Of a DNA stretch of 64,000 nt, positions 1 to 8,664 are shown in pieces. The translations under genes and the position numbers were made by a program. How positions within the stretch are numbered: position 1 is the first letter of the stretch; each line of letters opens with the position of its first letter. Below the pieces are notes generated by a model. The model had not been told where the DNA came from. It was given only the letters and a program-made list of their open reading frames with translations, and did not search any database. The stretch lies in the IMG/VR virus record IMGVR_UViG_3300041955_000531. One strand, 5' to 3'. Source of the DNA: a virus.

Positions 1-18
1 GGCTCAGTCCCTTATGAT

Positions 19-738
19 TTGGAAGACTTGATCAATAATCCCAATGGGGGAATGGGACTCTCCATCTACAATCCAGATGGTACACTTACCACAGATCTCC
101 AGAACAACTATTCAACCTACACAGGGACAGATCTGAAGATCATCGTGGATCTAGTCAACACAGACACCACAAGCACGATTCGCAAGAACCAGAAACAGCT
201 GATTGAATGCACTACTTTCACTGTCTCCATCCACAGAGAGAAGTCTGCTGTGCGCGCGGCAGGCTACATCAATCCTAAGGGCTTTGCCCGCGGGCGCCGT
301 ACAATAGCCGGTACGATGGTGCTCACTCAGTTCACCGTTGATATCCTGTACAGGTTCCTGATGGCTAACCAGTTATCCGCTCACGACCTGTCCAAGGATA
401 CCTTCTATGTCAAGGTCGACCAACTTCCTCCATTCAATATGACCATGATCTTCACGGATGAGTTTGGCAATGCCAGCTATCGGCGTGTACTTGGTGTAGA
501 CTTTGTGACCGATGGTGTGGTATACTCTACTAACGACATGATGACTGAACAGACTATCAGTTACATGGCCTCGGACTTCACACCTCTCTTGAACTTTGAA
601 GCCAGTGCTTTGTTCCGTTCTGACAACGCTGGCCAGAGCGTGGCTACCGAGAATACCGTCGAATCAGTCATGAACAGCAAGCAACAGTTTGCTATCCCTC
701 CGACCAACATCTTTTCCACACAAGGTAGTGGGTACTAA
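19..738 (+). CDS. Virion structural protein, tail-tube-like
   Basis: Motifs SIHREKSAVRAAGYINPKGFARGRRTIAGTMV and DQLPPFNMTMIFTDEFG, recalled from tail-tube-like proteins of large myoviruses; lies upstream of chaperone and tape-measure genes. TTG start uncertain. Confidence 0.65.
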   Translation: MEDLINNPNGGMGLSIYNPDGTLTTDLQNNYSTYTGTDLKIIVDLVNTDTTSTIRKNQKQLIECTTFTVSIHREKSAVRAAGYINPKGFARGRRTIAGTMVLTQFTVDILYRFLMANQLSAHDLSKDTFYVKVDQLPPFNMTMIFTDEFGNASYRRVLGVDFVTDGVVYSTNDMMTEQTISYMASDFTPLLNFEASALFRSDNAGQSVATENTVESVMNSKQQFAIPPTNIFSTQGSGY

Positions 739-2072
739 TGGCACTTTACAGCCCAGTCGTATTGACCGTCATTGATGGGACAACCAATGATCCTGTCGAT
801 GATGCACAGGTGTTTATCAATGGCTCGGGCAACTTCGATCCCACGCAGTTCACAGTAGTAACTGACTCAACAGGCAGTGCGACATTCCAAGTGCCTTTGA
901 ATCCCGTGCAGGTTCAGATGCAGATCAAGGCTGTTGGATATCAAACTCTGAGTCAGCTTCTGTCAGTTAGCACAACAGTTGCTCAGTCAATACAGATTAC
1001 ACTGACTCCTACTACCCCAGCCAAAACTAATATTGAGTTGTGGTTTATCCCCGCGGTCCCTGGTATCTCCTGGGGTCTTTCAGGACCAGCCAGCGACAGT
1101 GGAGTAACAGATAATGCAGGGACTTCCACAACCCTGAATCCCATCCCGCTCGGCACATATACCCTAGCCGCCACTCTCGCAGGCTATCAGCCTTATAGCC
1201 AACCCTTTGTAGTTACAAACCAGATTGATGCTTATACGATCACTTTGGTTAAGCTGGCTGACCCAAACAACGGACAGCAAACAGGCAATGCTACTGACTC
1301 ATCCCAAAGCACTTCCCAGCCTTCCAGCATTGTAAGCAGCACTTCTACCGTTCCTCCTGCGCCGGCGGAATACACCTATCCTAACTCCGAGTACGACAGG
1401 TACTTCACCGTCACCGGCGCGCGTATGTACATCGGAAATATCTTCATAGATGAGCTGAACTCCGTTCAGTATGCCCTCCAAGATAACGCGGTTCCTATCT
1501 ATGGTTATGCCAGCCGCTACGTGGATGCTTATGCCCAAGGTCGATCGCTGGTACAGGGGCAGTTCACTATCAACTTTGTGACAGAGGGGTATCTGTACAC
1601 TGTCATGCAGGAGTATCAGAGGTTCCTGCAGAACACTCAGAATACCCAGGCTCTGGTAAACAGCCCCGCCCAGCAAACTATCATTACTATTTTGGGTAAG
1701 ATGGCTGCTCGTGATAGTCTATTACAGCAGGCAAATAACAACCCGAACGATACAGGTTCGGCTAAGCAGGCGGCCAATCTACAGATCCAAATCAATGCTC
1801 TGAGAGCTGGTTTAACTCCAGAGCAGATGCAGACATTGGCGACGAACATCACACAGCAGAACACTAGCTTTTCTGATGTGATTGGGTTCGACAATGCCGT
1901 TTACCAGGATGTGCTGTTTGACATCCGCATTGAACTAGGTAACGAGATCACGGGAGTAAAGCGTGTTCGCTACTTGGAGAAGTGCAAGCTGATTTCGAAT
2001 GAACAGGTGATGGCCCAAGATGGCCAGACCATTCTGGACTCCTATGGGTTCATCGCAAGGCGGCTAAGATAA
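738..2072 (+). CDS. Virion protein: N-terminal Ig/carboxypeptidase-regulatory-like beta domains plus C-terminal tail-tube-like domain
   Basis: VTDSTGSATF and GTYTLAATLAGY beta-sandwich patterns, S/T/P linker, then YFTVTGARMYIGNIFIDE...PIYGYAS...GRSLVQGQFTINF; TAATG overlap with previous gene. Confidence 0.6.
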   Translation: MALYSPVVLTVIDGTTNDPVDDAQVFINGSGNFDPTQFTVVTDSTGSATFQVPLNPVQVQMQIKAVGYQTLSQLLSVSTTVAQSIQITLTPTTPAKTNIELWFIPAVPGISWGLSGPASDSGVTDNAGTSTTLNPIPLGTYTLAATLAGYQPYSQPFVVTNQIDAYTITLVKLADPNNGQQTGNATDSSQSTSQPSSIVSSTSTVPPAPAEYTYPNSEYDRYFTVTGARMYIGNIFIDELNSVQYALQDNAVPIYGYASRYVDAYAQGRSLVQGQFTINFVTEGYLYTVMQEYQRFLQNTQNTQALVNSPAQQTIITILGKMAARDSLLQQANNNPNDTGSAKQAANLQIQINALRAGLTPEQMQTLATNITQQNTSFSDVIGFDNAVYQDVLFDIRIELGNEITGVKRVRYLEKCKLISNEQVMAQDGQTILDSYGFIARRLR

Positions 2073-2153
2073 TGCATTGGGGTGATATCATATTTTGTGT
2101 CGTGGCTGTCATCGTTGTGGCCCGCGGCATGATCAAGGAGTGGAAACGAGTTT

Positions 2154-2312
2154 ATGGAAACCATGGAAGATGTGATACGGAAGAGGGGTAGTAAGTATTG
2201 TGTCCTCTCTGAGAAGGGTAAGAACCTAGGCTGCAGCAAGTCTAAGCATCAGGCTCACGTCCGACTTGGTCAAGTTGAGTTTTTCAAAAAGAAGTCTCGC
2301 AAGAAGAAGTAA
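2154..2312 (+). CDS. Small basic phage protein (52 aa), not in ORF track
   Basis: Translated by hand: METMEDVIRKRGSKYCVLSEKGKNLGCSKSKHQAHVRLGQVEFFKKKSRKKK; resembles a recurrent phage motif IRKRGxKxCVxSxKGKNLGC. Start could be GTG at 2172. Confidence 0.6.
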   Translation: METMEDVIRKRGSKYCVLSEKGKNLGCSKSKHQAHVRLGQVEFFKKKSRKKK

Positions 2313-2342
2313 TGTTATAATAGATCATCAGGAGAATCTAGA

Positions 2343-2807
2343 ATGACTACCGAAGATGTAGTAGCTACACCAGAACAGCCCGAACCAAAGCCTGTCGACA
2401 AGTCAAACATGGACCCTCACGAGTTCCTCGCATCCCTGCCTGGCGCCCCCACGAAGGACATGATTGCTGCCTGGAAGCAGCAAGCTCCCAACAACAGACT
2501 CGAGGTCTTCACTCCCGACGGTAAGCGTGCTTACATCGTCCGCGGATTGACAGGTCTTGAACTGACCACGATCCAAAAGCAGATCCAATCCATGGCGACC
2601 CCAGTGGCGGATCCCGAACTCGAGATGCAACTCCATGCTGTTGTCAAGGCCGTTGTCTGGACGAACGCAGGCCAGAATGGAAAGCTCACCGATGTCGGTT
2701 TGCGCACTGGCGCTGCTGGCCTCCCGGCCACCTTGTTCACCAAGGTAACAAAGCTGTCGGATTTCATGGATCCGCAGCAGATTGAGTTCCTTTCCGCTGA
2801 GCTGTAA
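2343..2807 (+). CDS. Probable tail assembly chaperone
   Basis: AGGAG RBS, TGTTATAAT element upstream, position between tube-like and tape-measure-like genes. Confidence 0.55.
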   Translation: MTTEDVVATPEQPEPKPVDKSNMDPHEFLASLPGAPTKDMIAAWKQQAPNNRLEVFTPDGKRAYIVRGLTGLELTTIQKQIQSMATPVADPELEMQLHAVVKAVVWTNAGQNGKLTDVGLRTGAAGLPATLFTKVTKLSDFMDPQQIEFLSAEL

Positions 2808-2809
2808 TC

Positions 2810-3376
2810 ATGACAACTAGGGCCGCCACTTGGCCCAGTGGGACACGTGTAATCTGGCGTGACCTCACTTGGGGAGAGTACCGAGATGCCCGTTCTCGTC
2901 AAGGGCCTCCCGCTGAAGTAGCCCTACACGTCTATAAACTATGTGTTATCCACGGTCCACGGCCGGAAGAGCTTCCGGCCGGGATCATGATGTGGATCTA
3001 CAAGGACCAGCTTGAGAAGAGCCCCTTCTCTGGATCCTTCCAGACTATATCTCTTCCGCTAGAGAATGCACGCAAGAAGGTATCAGAGTCTTATCTTCTG
3101 TGCGCGCAGGCTTTCATAGCATCTGTATTCAAGATCCCTTTCGAGGTGATGAATGACTGGAGCGCGGAAACACTACTCGTACGCCTCGCCCAGGCTGAGT
3201 TTGTTAGCGGCGTGCCACTCAACCCGGTGGATCCTAAGGCCACTAAGTCTGCTAAGGGCAGTAATAAGAGACCGAAGCGGCCCCTTACCGACGCCCAGCA
3301 AATAGCAATAGAGAGGAAAAATGATCCAGCTTTCAATCGCCGCCCAGGACAAGCTCGCCAGCGTCCTCAAAGATAA
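2810..3376 (+). CDS. Probable second tail assembly chaperone
   Basis: VIWRDLTWGEY motif and synteny. Confidence 0.5.
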   Translation: MTTRAATWPSGTRVIWRDLTWGEYRDARSRQGPPAEVALHVYKLCVIHGPRPEELPAGIMMWIYKDQLEKSPFSGSFQTISLPLENARKKVSESYLLCAQAFIASVFKIPFEVMNDWSAETLLVRLAQAEFVSGVPLNPVDPKATKSAKGSNKRPKRPLTDAQQIAIERKNDPAFNRRPGQARQRPQR

Positions 3377-3659
3377 TCCAGATCTATCAGCCGTCAGGAT
3401 GGGTGTAGAAGGTGGCGGCTGTTCGGGCTTTCAATATCACATGAGTCTAGGGCCTTGTGAGAGGTGGCCTGCTGATTATGAGACAGCCTGGAATCTATAT
3501 ACTTTTGGAGACTTAAAGGTCTATGTTGACCCAATGAGTGAGATGTATCTAGATGGTGTTACCGTAGACTACATCGATACCATTCCTGAGTCCGGATTCA
3601 AGTTCACTAACCCAAACGTAAAGACAGCCTGTGGTTGTGGTAAGAGCTTCAGCGTTTAA
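3321..3659 (+). CDS. iscA: A-type Fe-S carrier, HesB/IscA/ErpA family
   Basis: GGGCSGFQY, VYVDPMSEMYLDGVTVDY and GFKFTNPNVKTACGCGKSF; all three conserved Cys present; GAGG RBS. Confidence 0.95.
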   Translation: MIQLSIAAQDKLASVLKDNPDLSAVRMGVEGGGCSGFQYHMSLGPCERWPADYETAWNLYTFGDLKVYVDPMSEMYLDGVTVDYIDTIPESGFKFTNPNVKTACGCGKSFSV

Positions 3660-3664
3660 TATGC

Positions 3665-6600
3665 ATGGCAACCTGGCACCAAAAGCATTTCTTTCACGTT
3701 CTCGACGTCGAGACCACAGGCCTGTCCGCTGGACATAAGAATACAGGCCTGCTCCAGATCTTCGCTTCAAAACTCCCTCCTTACGTAGCATCCCCGTTTC
3801 ACCCCACCACGTTAGTAAAACCCCGCACAGGATACACCGATCCTGTGAGCGGGGTTCACATTCCATTTGCATACAACTATGAGAAAGGTCAGCATGTTCT
3901 TTCTCAGGCCATGAAGCTTGGCCAGGAGAGTGAAGAAGAGTCAGCTCGACGCTTCTTTGCTTCCGCTGAAGAAGAGCTGTCTCGTAAGAAGCGTTTCCTG
4001 CTAACTGGCTGGAACGTCAAATATGATACTGGTGTGCTCACTGAGATCGCCAATCGTTATCCCAGCCTGCATGGATACAAAGACTTCTTCCAGCGCAAGG
4101 GGGTAAAGGTCTTCGGTCTGGAGCAGTCGTTCTTCGAACTTGCTTTGGGCTATGGTCAAGACAACCCAGAGTTCGCAGAACGTTACCTGCGTATGGGTCC
4201 TTCCACACCTATTACCAAGACTACAGGTCCTGGTATGCTGGCACGTAATGTTGAAGAGATGCAATGGGTGCCTGGCTGGAAGGTGGAGAATATTGCTGGA
4301 GCGGCTGGCGGGATGGAACGACTGCTGGGTCCTAAGCTGGCTGGGGCTGCTGGGTATCATGAGGCCGTGACTGACGTCAAGGTCGAGCAGACTCTCTTTG
4401 AGCGCCTGCGCACAGCCAGAAAGAATCTGCAGCGCGGTCACAGCTGGGAAGAAGCTCTTGGATCCGCACAACTCTTACCTGAAGGTGAGACTGCGGAGAC
4501 GTTCTTCTCCAAGATCTATGCCAACCCGTGGGCTGAGAAAGTAGCTGCTCAGGCTGAGCGTGGCGCCAAGGTCCTGCCCAAGAAGATGAGCGGTATAGGG
4601 AAGGGTCTTTCTCTCGCTCTTGTATTCGCCGGTGCAGCAACTGCAGCCTGGGCTATTGCTAGCAGCAAGCGAAGTGATCGCCAGACTCAGATCACTGGTC
4701 TCAGTGATACAGGTATGGCTGCTGACAGCCGTCATAAACTTACTGATTTCGGTTCAGGTTGGCAAGGACAAGATAATAGCCATACACTGCGACTGGCTAG
4801 TCTTCTGGTCGGTGGCGCCGCAGTCTTGGGAGCTCACAAGTTTGCTCTCGAGAACTGGTCTGGCTACGCAGAAGGAATCTATCAGTTTGCGAAGAAGATA
4901 GAGACTCGTTCTCCTGGTGCAATCTTTGGCACCTTCAGATTCTCTGAGCGAATGTCCAGCTACCTGCCTGAGGAAGTCTCCTTCAAGGCCGAGCAGTTGG
5001 TGCGTGGTTCAGAGCTTACCGAAATGGGTAAGCACATCCAGCGATTGATTGGTGTCAGCGCCCTGGATAAACGCTTTGCTAAAGAGGGAATGAGATTCAC
5101 TAGAACTTCAGCTTCCTCTCCATACTTGAGTTTGGTTGGTGGAAGAGGCGAATCTATTCGCTTTGCCCAGCGCGGACGGCTGACAGGTTCGGCTGCTTCG
5201 TTCGGTGGCCCACTCAAAGAACAGGTATTCCCTCGTACCCTGACTACTGAGGGTCCTCTGGCTGAGATGTGGGAGATGTTCCAGAATCTCCGCGGTAGTC
5301 AGAGACCAGGCACTCCTCTTACCAAAGGTCAGGCATTCAAGCAACAAGCTGGTGGAGAGTTCCGCTTCTTCGAACCTCTCTACGGCCGCAAGCCTGGATT
5401 CGTAGGTGGTGTAGAGTCTGCTTATAGAACAGGACAGCGTGCACTGTTTGAAGCTGCCGAGCGTCCTCTTCGCCTGCTGTCTGATATCGGTATGGGTCTG
5501 CCTAAAGGCTCATACAACAAGCTGTTCCACATCCCATTCCATGGCGAAGGTGGAATGCTCAATGCGTTGATGCTCAAGCGCGTGCTGCCTGCATATCTTG
5601 CTATCACGGCCGCGCGTTACATCAACTACCAGCTGGACAACAAACCAGCTGAGAAGCTCGCCGAGATACCACTCAAAGCTCACCTCGCTTGGGCGCGCGC
5701 AACAGATACAATCCCGGGTCTTCGTGCGATCACCGACAAGTATGAGGAGATCGTACCAGGTCCACAGTACGGTCCTGCAGCCATACCGATCGGTGCTGGT
5801 GCTATCGGTGCGGGTATTCACTGGTTCAACATCGCTCGCGGAGCAGAAGAGTTCCAAGTTCATGCTGCTCGAGCCGCTGCTTCTCGCAAGGCCTTCTGGA
5901 AGGGATTCGGTATAGGAGTCCTCATTGCTGCACCATTTATCCCTGGGATGATTGGCAGCCGCAAGACCGAAGACGAACTGCAACGTATCTACTCTGGTGA
6001 AGAAGAAGTTCCAGTCCGTGCAGGTCGTTGGTGGGATGTAGGTTCCACTCCATTCAGTGGCGGTCGCATCAAGTACTTCCGTCCGCACTGGTATCAGTTG
6101 ATGAAGTCCAAGGCCGAGATGGTCTCGACTTATGGATCAGAAGATGCTTATTGGGAACACCACCCACTGCTACATCCGTTCAAGTATATCAAGGATCCAT
6201 ACTGGCTAGAACGCGCGAACTATGCTAGCCGTCCGTATCCAATCACCTCGCCTGCGTTCTCCAACGTTCCTCTCATCGGTCCGTTGCTAGCTGCCACAAT
6301 CGGCCGCATCGTAAAGCCACCACAGAGAATGCACGAGGGCGAATGGGATATCAACAACTATACGTTGTATAGCCCACGTCTGGAACCCAACATGGAGTTG
6401 GGTGGTCTGCCGCCATCCAAGCCTCGTGAGGAGTTCGGCTTCAAGGATGTAGCTACCCGTGAAGCTGTGTCCTTCGCTGAATACACAGGTCTGCCTGGTT
6501 TCATTGCTACGACACTCTATGGCCAAGCAGGCCCACAAGGAACTCCTGGCAAGGATGTGATCCTGCAGGGCAGCCGCCAGATGACAAACCTGGCTCGCCA

Positions 6601-8584
6601 GTATTATCAGCGTGAGTTGGGTGCCGTGTCAGGTTTCAACCCGAGTGGAACAGGCGGCATGCCATTCGGCTATTCAGAACCTCTCCGCCGTTTCATTCAG
6701 CCTGATAAGCTAATGCCTCAGGCCAATGAAATCCCCAATACAATGCCTCGCTGGCTGCCTGGCGAAGACTACATGATCAACTTCCGTACTGGCGATCCGT
6801 TCGCCAAGATACCGGAAGGTGGTGCTCGTCTCCCAGGCCGTGGCTATGCCGCTCTGCACCCAGAACTCCGCGGGCTAAAGCCTGAAGACTATCCAGACAT
6901 TACTCGCTACAAGATCCTGGCTGACGTTGCTCCTTGGAGCAAGGAGTACATGATCTATCGTGCCAAGGTACGTGCGGCCGCACAGAAAGATCAGCGTACA
7001 GCGATTGAGTTTGCACGCACTGAAGACCAAGTGCGTCAGATGAAGGAATCCACGATCCAGATCCAGCAGCGTCGTTTCACTGCTCCGATCGAACAGCTTC
7101 AGGGTACAATCACCAAGGCTACACCAGAGGGTATAGAGCTGGAGCAATACCCGGGTCGTAAGTTCATGCTCAGTTCTCTGGGTATGTCCGCGGCTGATCT
7201 CTCAGCTATGACCCTCGGCGAGGAGAATGAACTTACCCGCTCTCAGAGTGCCAAGGCAGTTACAGATAAGCAAGCCGCTCTCGAAGAGTATCTGACTGGT
7301 CAGATTGGTATGCAGGCTACTCTTGTGGTTCCTAAGGGAACTGAGCAGCATGCTGCTGAAGCTCGTGCTGTCCTCTTCGTCGATAACGTTAACATCAACA
7401 AGGAGATCATAGACAAGGGTCTCGGTCAGTTCAGAAAGGACTATGGCGGAGCTGAAGCTCAAGCCATGTATTCCTCCACCCAGGTGGCTCTAGGTAAGTA
7501 TGCTGAGACTTTGTCTTTCACTGGTGAAGGTGGTCCTCTTCGTTTCGTCCCGACTCCATTCCATACTAAGTACTGGAATGAGCGCACAGCTCTGTCCCTT
7601 TATCAGGAGCAGGAAGTCTACGGTGCTCGTATGCGTAGATGGCAGCACCCGTTCCGTGATATGATTGCTCCATGGGCTCGTGGTGCGTACCGTCGTTTCA
7701 CTGGCGGTATGTTGGTGCCAGAGCAAGTTGAAAATCGCCGTCTGATGGACAGCTTGGTTGATCAGTTGGAATATCTGCGTGCAGATATCCAAGCAGGTGC
7801 ACATCCTGGGCAGAAAGGCAGGTATACTAGTCAGGGAAAGAGAACGAATATAGGTGCCAATCTATTTGGCAATCCTCAGTTTATCTCTCAAACCCTCCCT
7901 CGGCGCGAGAAGCTTTACTTCCCAGCATTCCTCCAAGAAACAGATCCGGAGAAGCGCCAGCAGATCCTACAATCTGTCTCTCCGGAACTAGCTCGAGCCC
8001 TTACTGCTCAGTGGGTAAAAACTGATGCTATACTTGCTCGCCTCGCGGGCAAGAGTGTGCCAGCCATTGAAGAAGGCGGAGTCCTCTACACAGAGGAAGG
8101 CCTCAAAGAGTATGAGCAAGCGAAAACAGACCTCAGCTATTCCGACTACATCCGTTCGAAACAAATCGCCGAAACCTTTGGCAAGCTCGGCTTTGATATC
8201 CCCGGTCCTGGTTCTCCGCTATGGGAGCAAGGCATTGACTATGAGGATGTCAAGCTTAAGATTATTCAGAACGAGGGCTATGATTACCACGACTTCAACA
8301 TCTACGACGACAGGGCAGCCCTCCTCTGGCGCAAGCCCTACATCGATGGAGCTGTTAGAGAGCTTGTTTCTAGCGGTTCACAACCTACAGAGCGCATACG
8401 ACAAACTGTGGAGCGTATTATCCTCGAGGGACAAGATAAGAATCCGCAAGTGGTCGCCTCGGGCGGTCCTAACCGAGTGGCAGGCTCCAACGTGTCTATA
8501 AACGTCGACGAACAGGGTGACAAAGAGGTTATGAGGGATATTCGCCGTAATGAGGACGAGTACCGGGAAGAGAGTACCAGCTAA
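3665..8584 (+). CDS. Tape-measure/ejection-like giant protein with N-terminal DEDDh (DnaQ-like) 3'-5' exonuclease domain
   Basis: ExoI LDVETTG, ExoII GWNVKYD, ExoIII HEAVTD; several hydrophobic G/A-rich segments; position after chaperones. Confidence 0.7.
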   Translation: MATWHQKHFFHVLDVETTGLSAGHKNTGLLQIFASKLPPYVASPFHPTTLVKPRTGYTDPVSGVHIPFAYNYEKGQHVLSQAMKLGQESEEESARRFFASAEEELSRKKRFLLTGWNVKYDTGVLTEIANRYPSLHGYKDFFQRKGVKVFGLEQSFFELALGYGQDNPEFAERYLRMGPSTPITKTTGPGMLARNVEEMQWVPGWKVENIAGAAGGMERLLGPKLAGAAGYHEAVTDVKVEQTLFERLRTARKNLQRGHSWEEALGSAQLLPEGETAETFFSKIYANPWAEKVAAQAERGAKVLPKKMSGIGKGLSLALVFAGAATAAWAIASSKRSDRQTQITGLSDTGMAADSRHKLTDFGSGWQGQDNSHTLRLASLLVGGAAVLGAHKFALENWSGYAEGIYQFAKKIETRSPGAIFGTFRFSERMSSYLPEEVSFKAEQLVRGSELTEMGKHIQRLIGVSALDKRFAKEGMRFTRTSASSPYLSLVGGRGESIRFAQRGRLTGSAASFGGPLKEQVFPRTLTTEGPLAEMWEMFQNLRGSQRPGTPLTKGQAFKQQAGGEFRFFEPLYGRKPGFVGGVESAYRTGQRALFEAAERPLRLLSDIGMGLPKGSYNKLFHIPFHGEGGMLNALMLKRVLPAYLAITAARYINYQLDNKPAEKLAEIPLKAHLAWARATDTIPGLRAITDKYEEIVPGPQYGPAAIPIGAGAIGAGIHWFNIARGAEEFQVHAARAAASRKAFWKGFGIGVLIAAPFIPGMIGSRKTEDELQRIYSGEEEVPVRAGRWWDVGSTPFSGGRIKYFRPHWYQLMKSKAEMVSTYGSEDAYWEHHPLLHPFKYIKDPYWLERANYASRPYPITSPAFSNVPLIGPLLAATIGRIVKPPQRMHEGEWDINNYTLYSPRLEPNMELGGLPPSKPREEFGFKDVATREAVSFAEYTGLPGFIATTLYGQAGPQGTPGKDVILQGSRQMTNLARQYYQRELGAVSGFNPSGTGGMPFGYSEPLRRFIQPDKLMPQANEIPNTMPRWLPGEDYMINFRTGDPFAKIPEGGARLPGRGYAALHPELRGLKPEDYPDITRYKILADVAPWSKEYMIYRAKVRAAAQKDQRTAIEFARTEDQVRQMKESTIQIQQRRFTAPIEQLQGTITKATPEGIELEQYPGRKFMLSSLGMSAADLSAMTLGEENELTRSQSAKAVTDKQAALEEYLTGQIGMQATLVVPKGTEQHAAEARAVLFVDNVNINKEIIDKGLGQFRKDYGGAEAQAMYSSTQVALGKYAETLSFTGEGGPLRFVPTPFHTKYWNERTALSLYQEQEVYGARMRRWQHPFRDMIAPWARGAYRRFTGGMLVPEQVENRRLMDSLVDQLEYLRADIQAGAHPGQKGRYTSQGKRTNIGANLFGNPQFISQTLPRREKLYFPAFLQETDPEKRQQILQSVSPELARALTAQWVKTDAILARLAGKSVPAIEEGGVLYTEEGLKEYEQAKTDLSYSDYIRSKQIAETFGKLGFDIPGPGSPLWEQGIDYEDVKLKIIQNEGYDYHDFNIYDDRAALLWRKPYIDGAVRELVSSGSQPTERIRQTVERIILEGQDKNPQVVASGGPNRVAGSNVSINVDEQGDKEVMRDIRRNEDEYREESTS

Positions 8585-8664
8585 ACTCCTAGAATGCCCC
8601 GTAAAGGGCCCTAGGAGTCGATTAGAGCCATTAAATCAGTGAGATAGGACCAGACTACCAGATT

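Noticed and set aside
2343-3376. Programmed -1 frameshift between the tail chaperone genes
   Set aside because: No clear slippery heptamer near the first stop, and the second gene has its own ATG 2 nt later.
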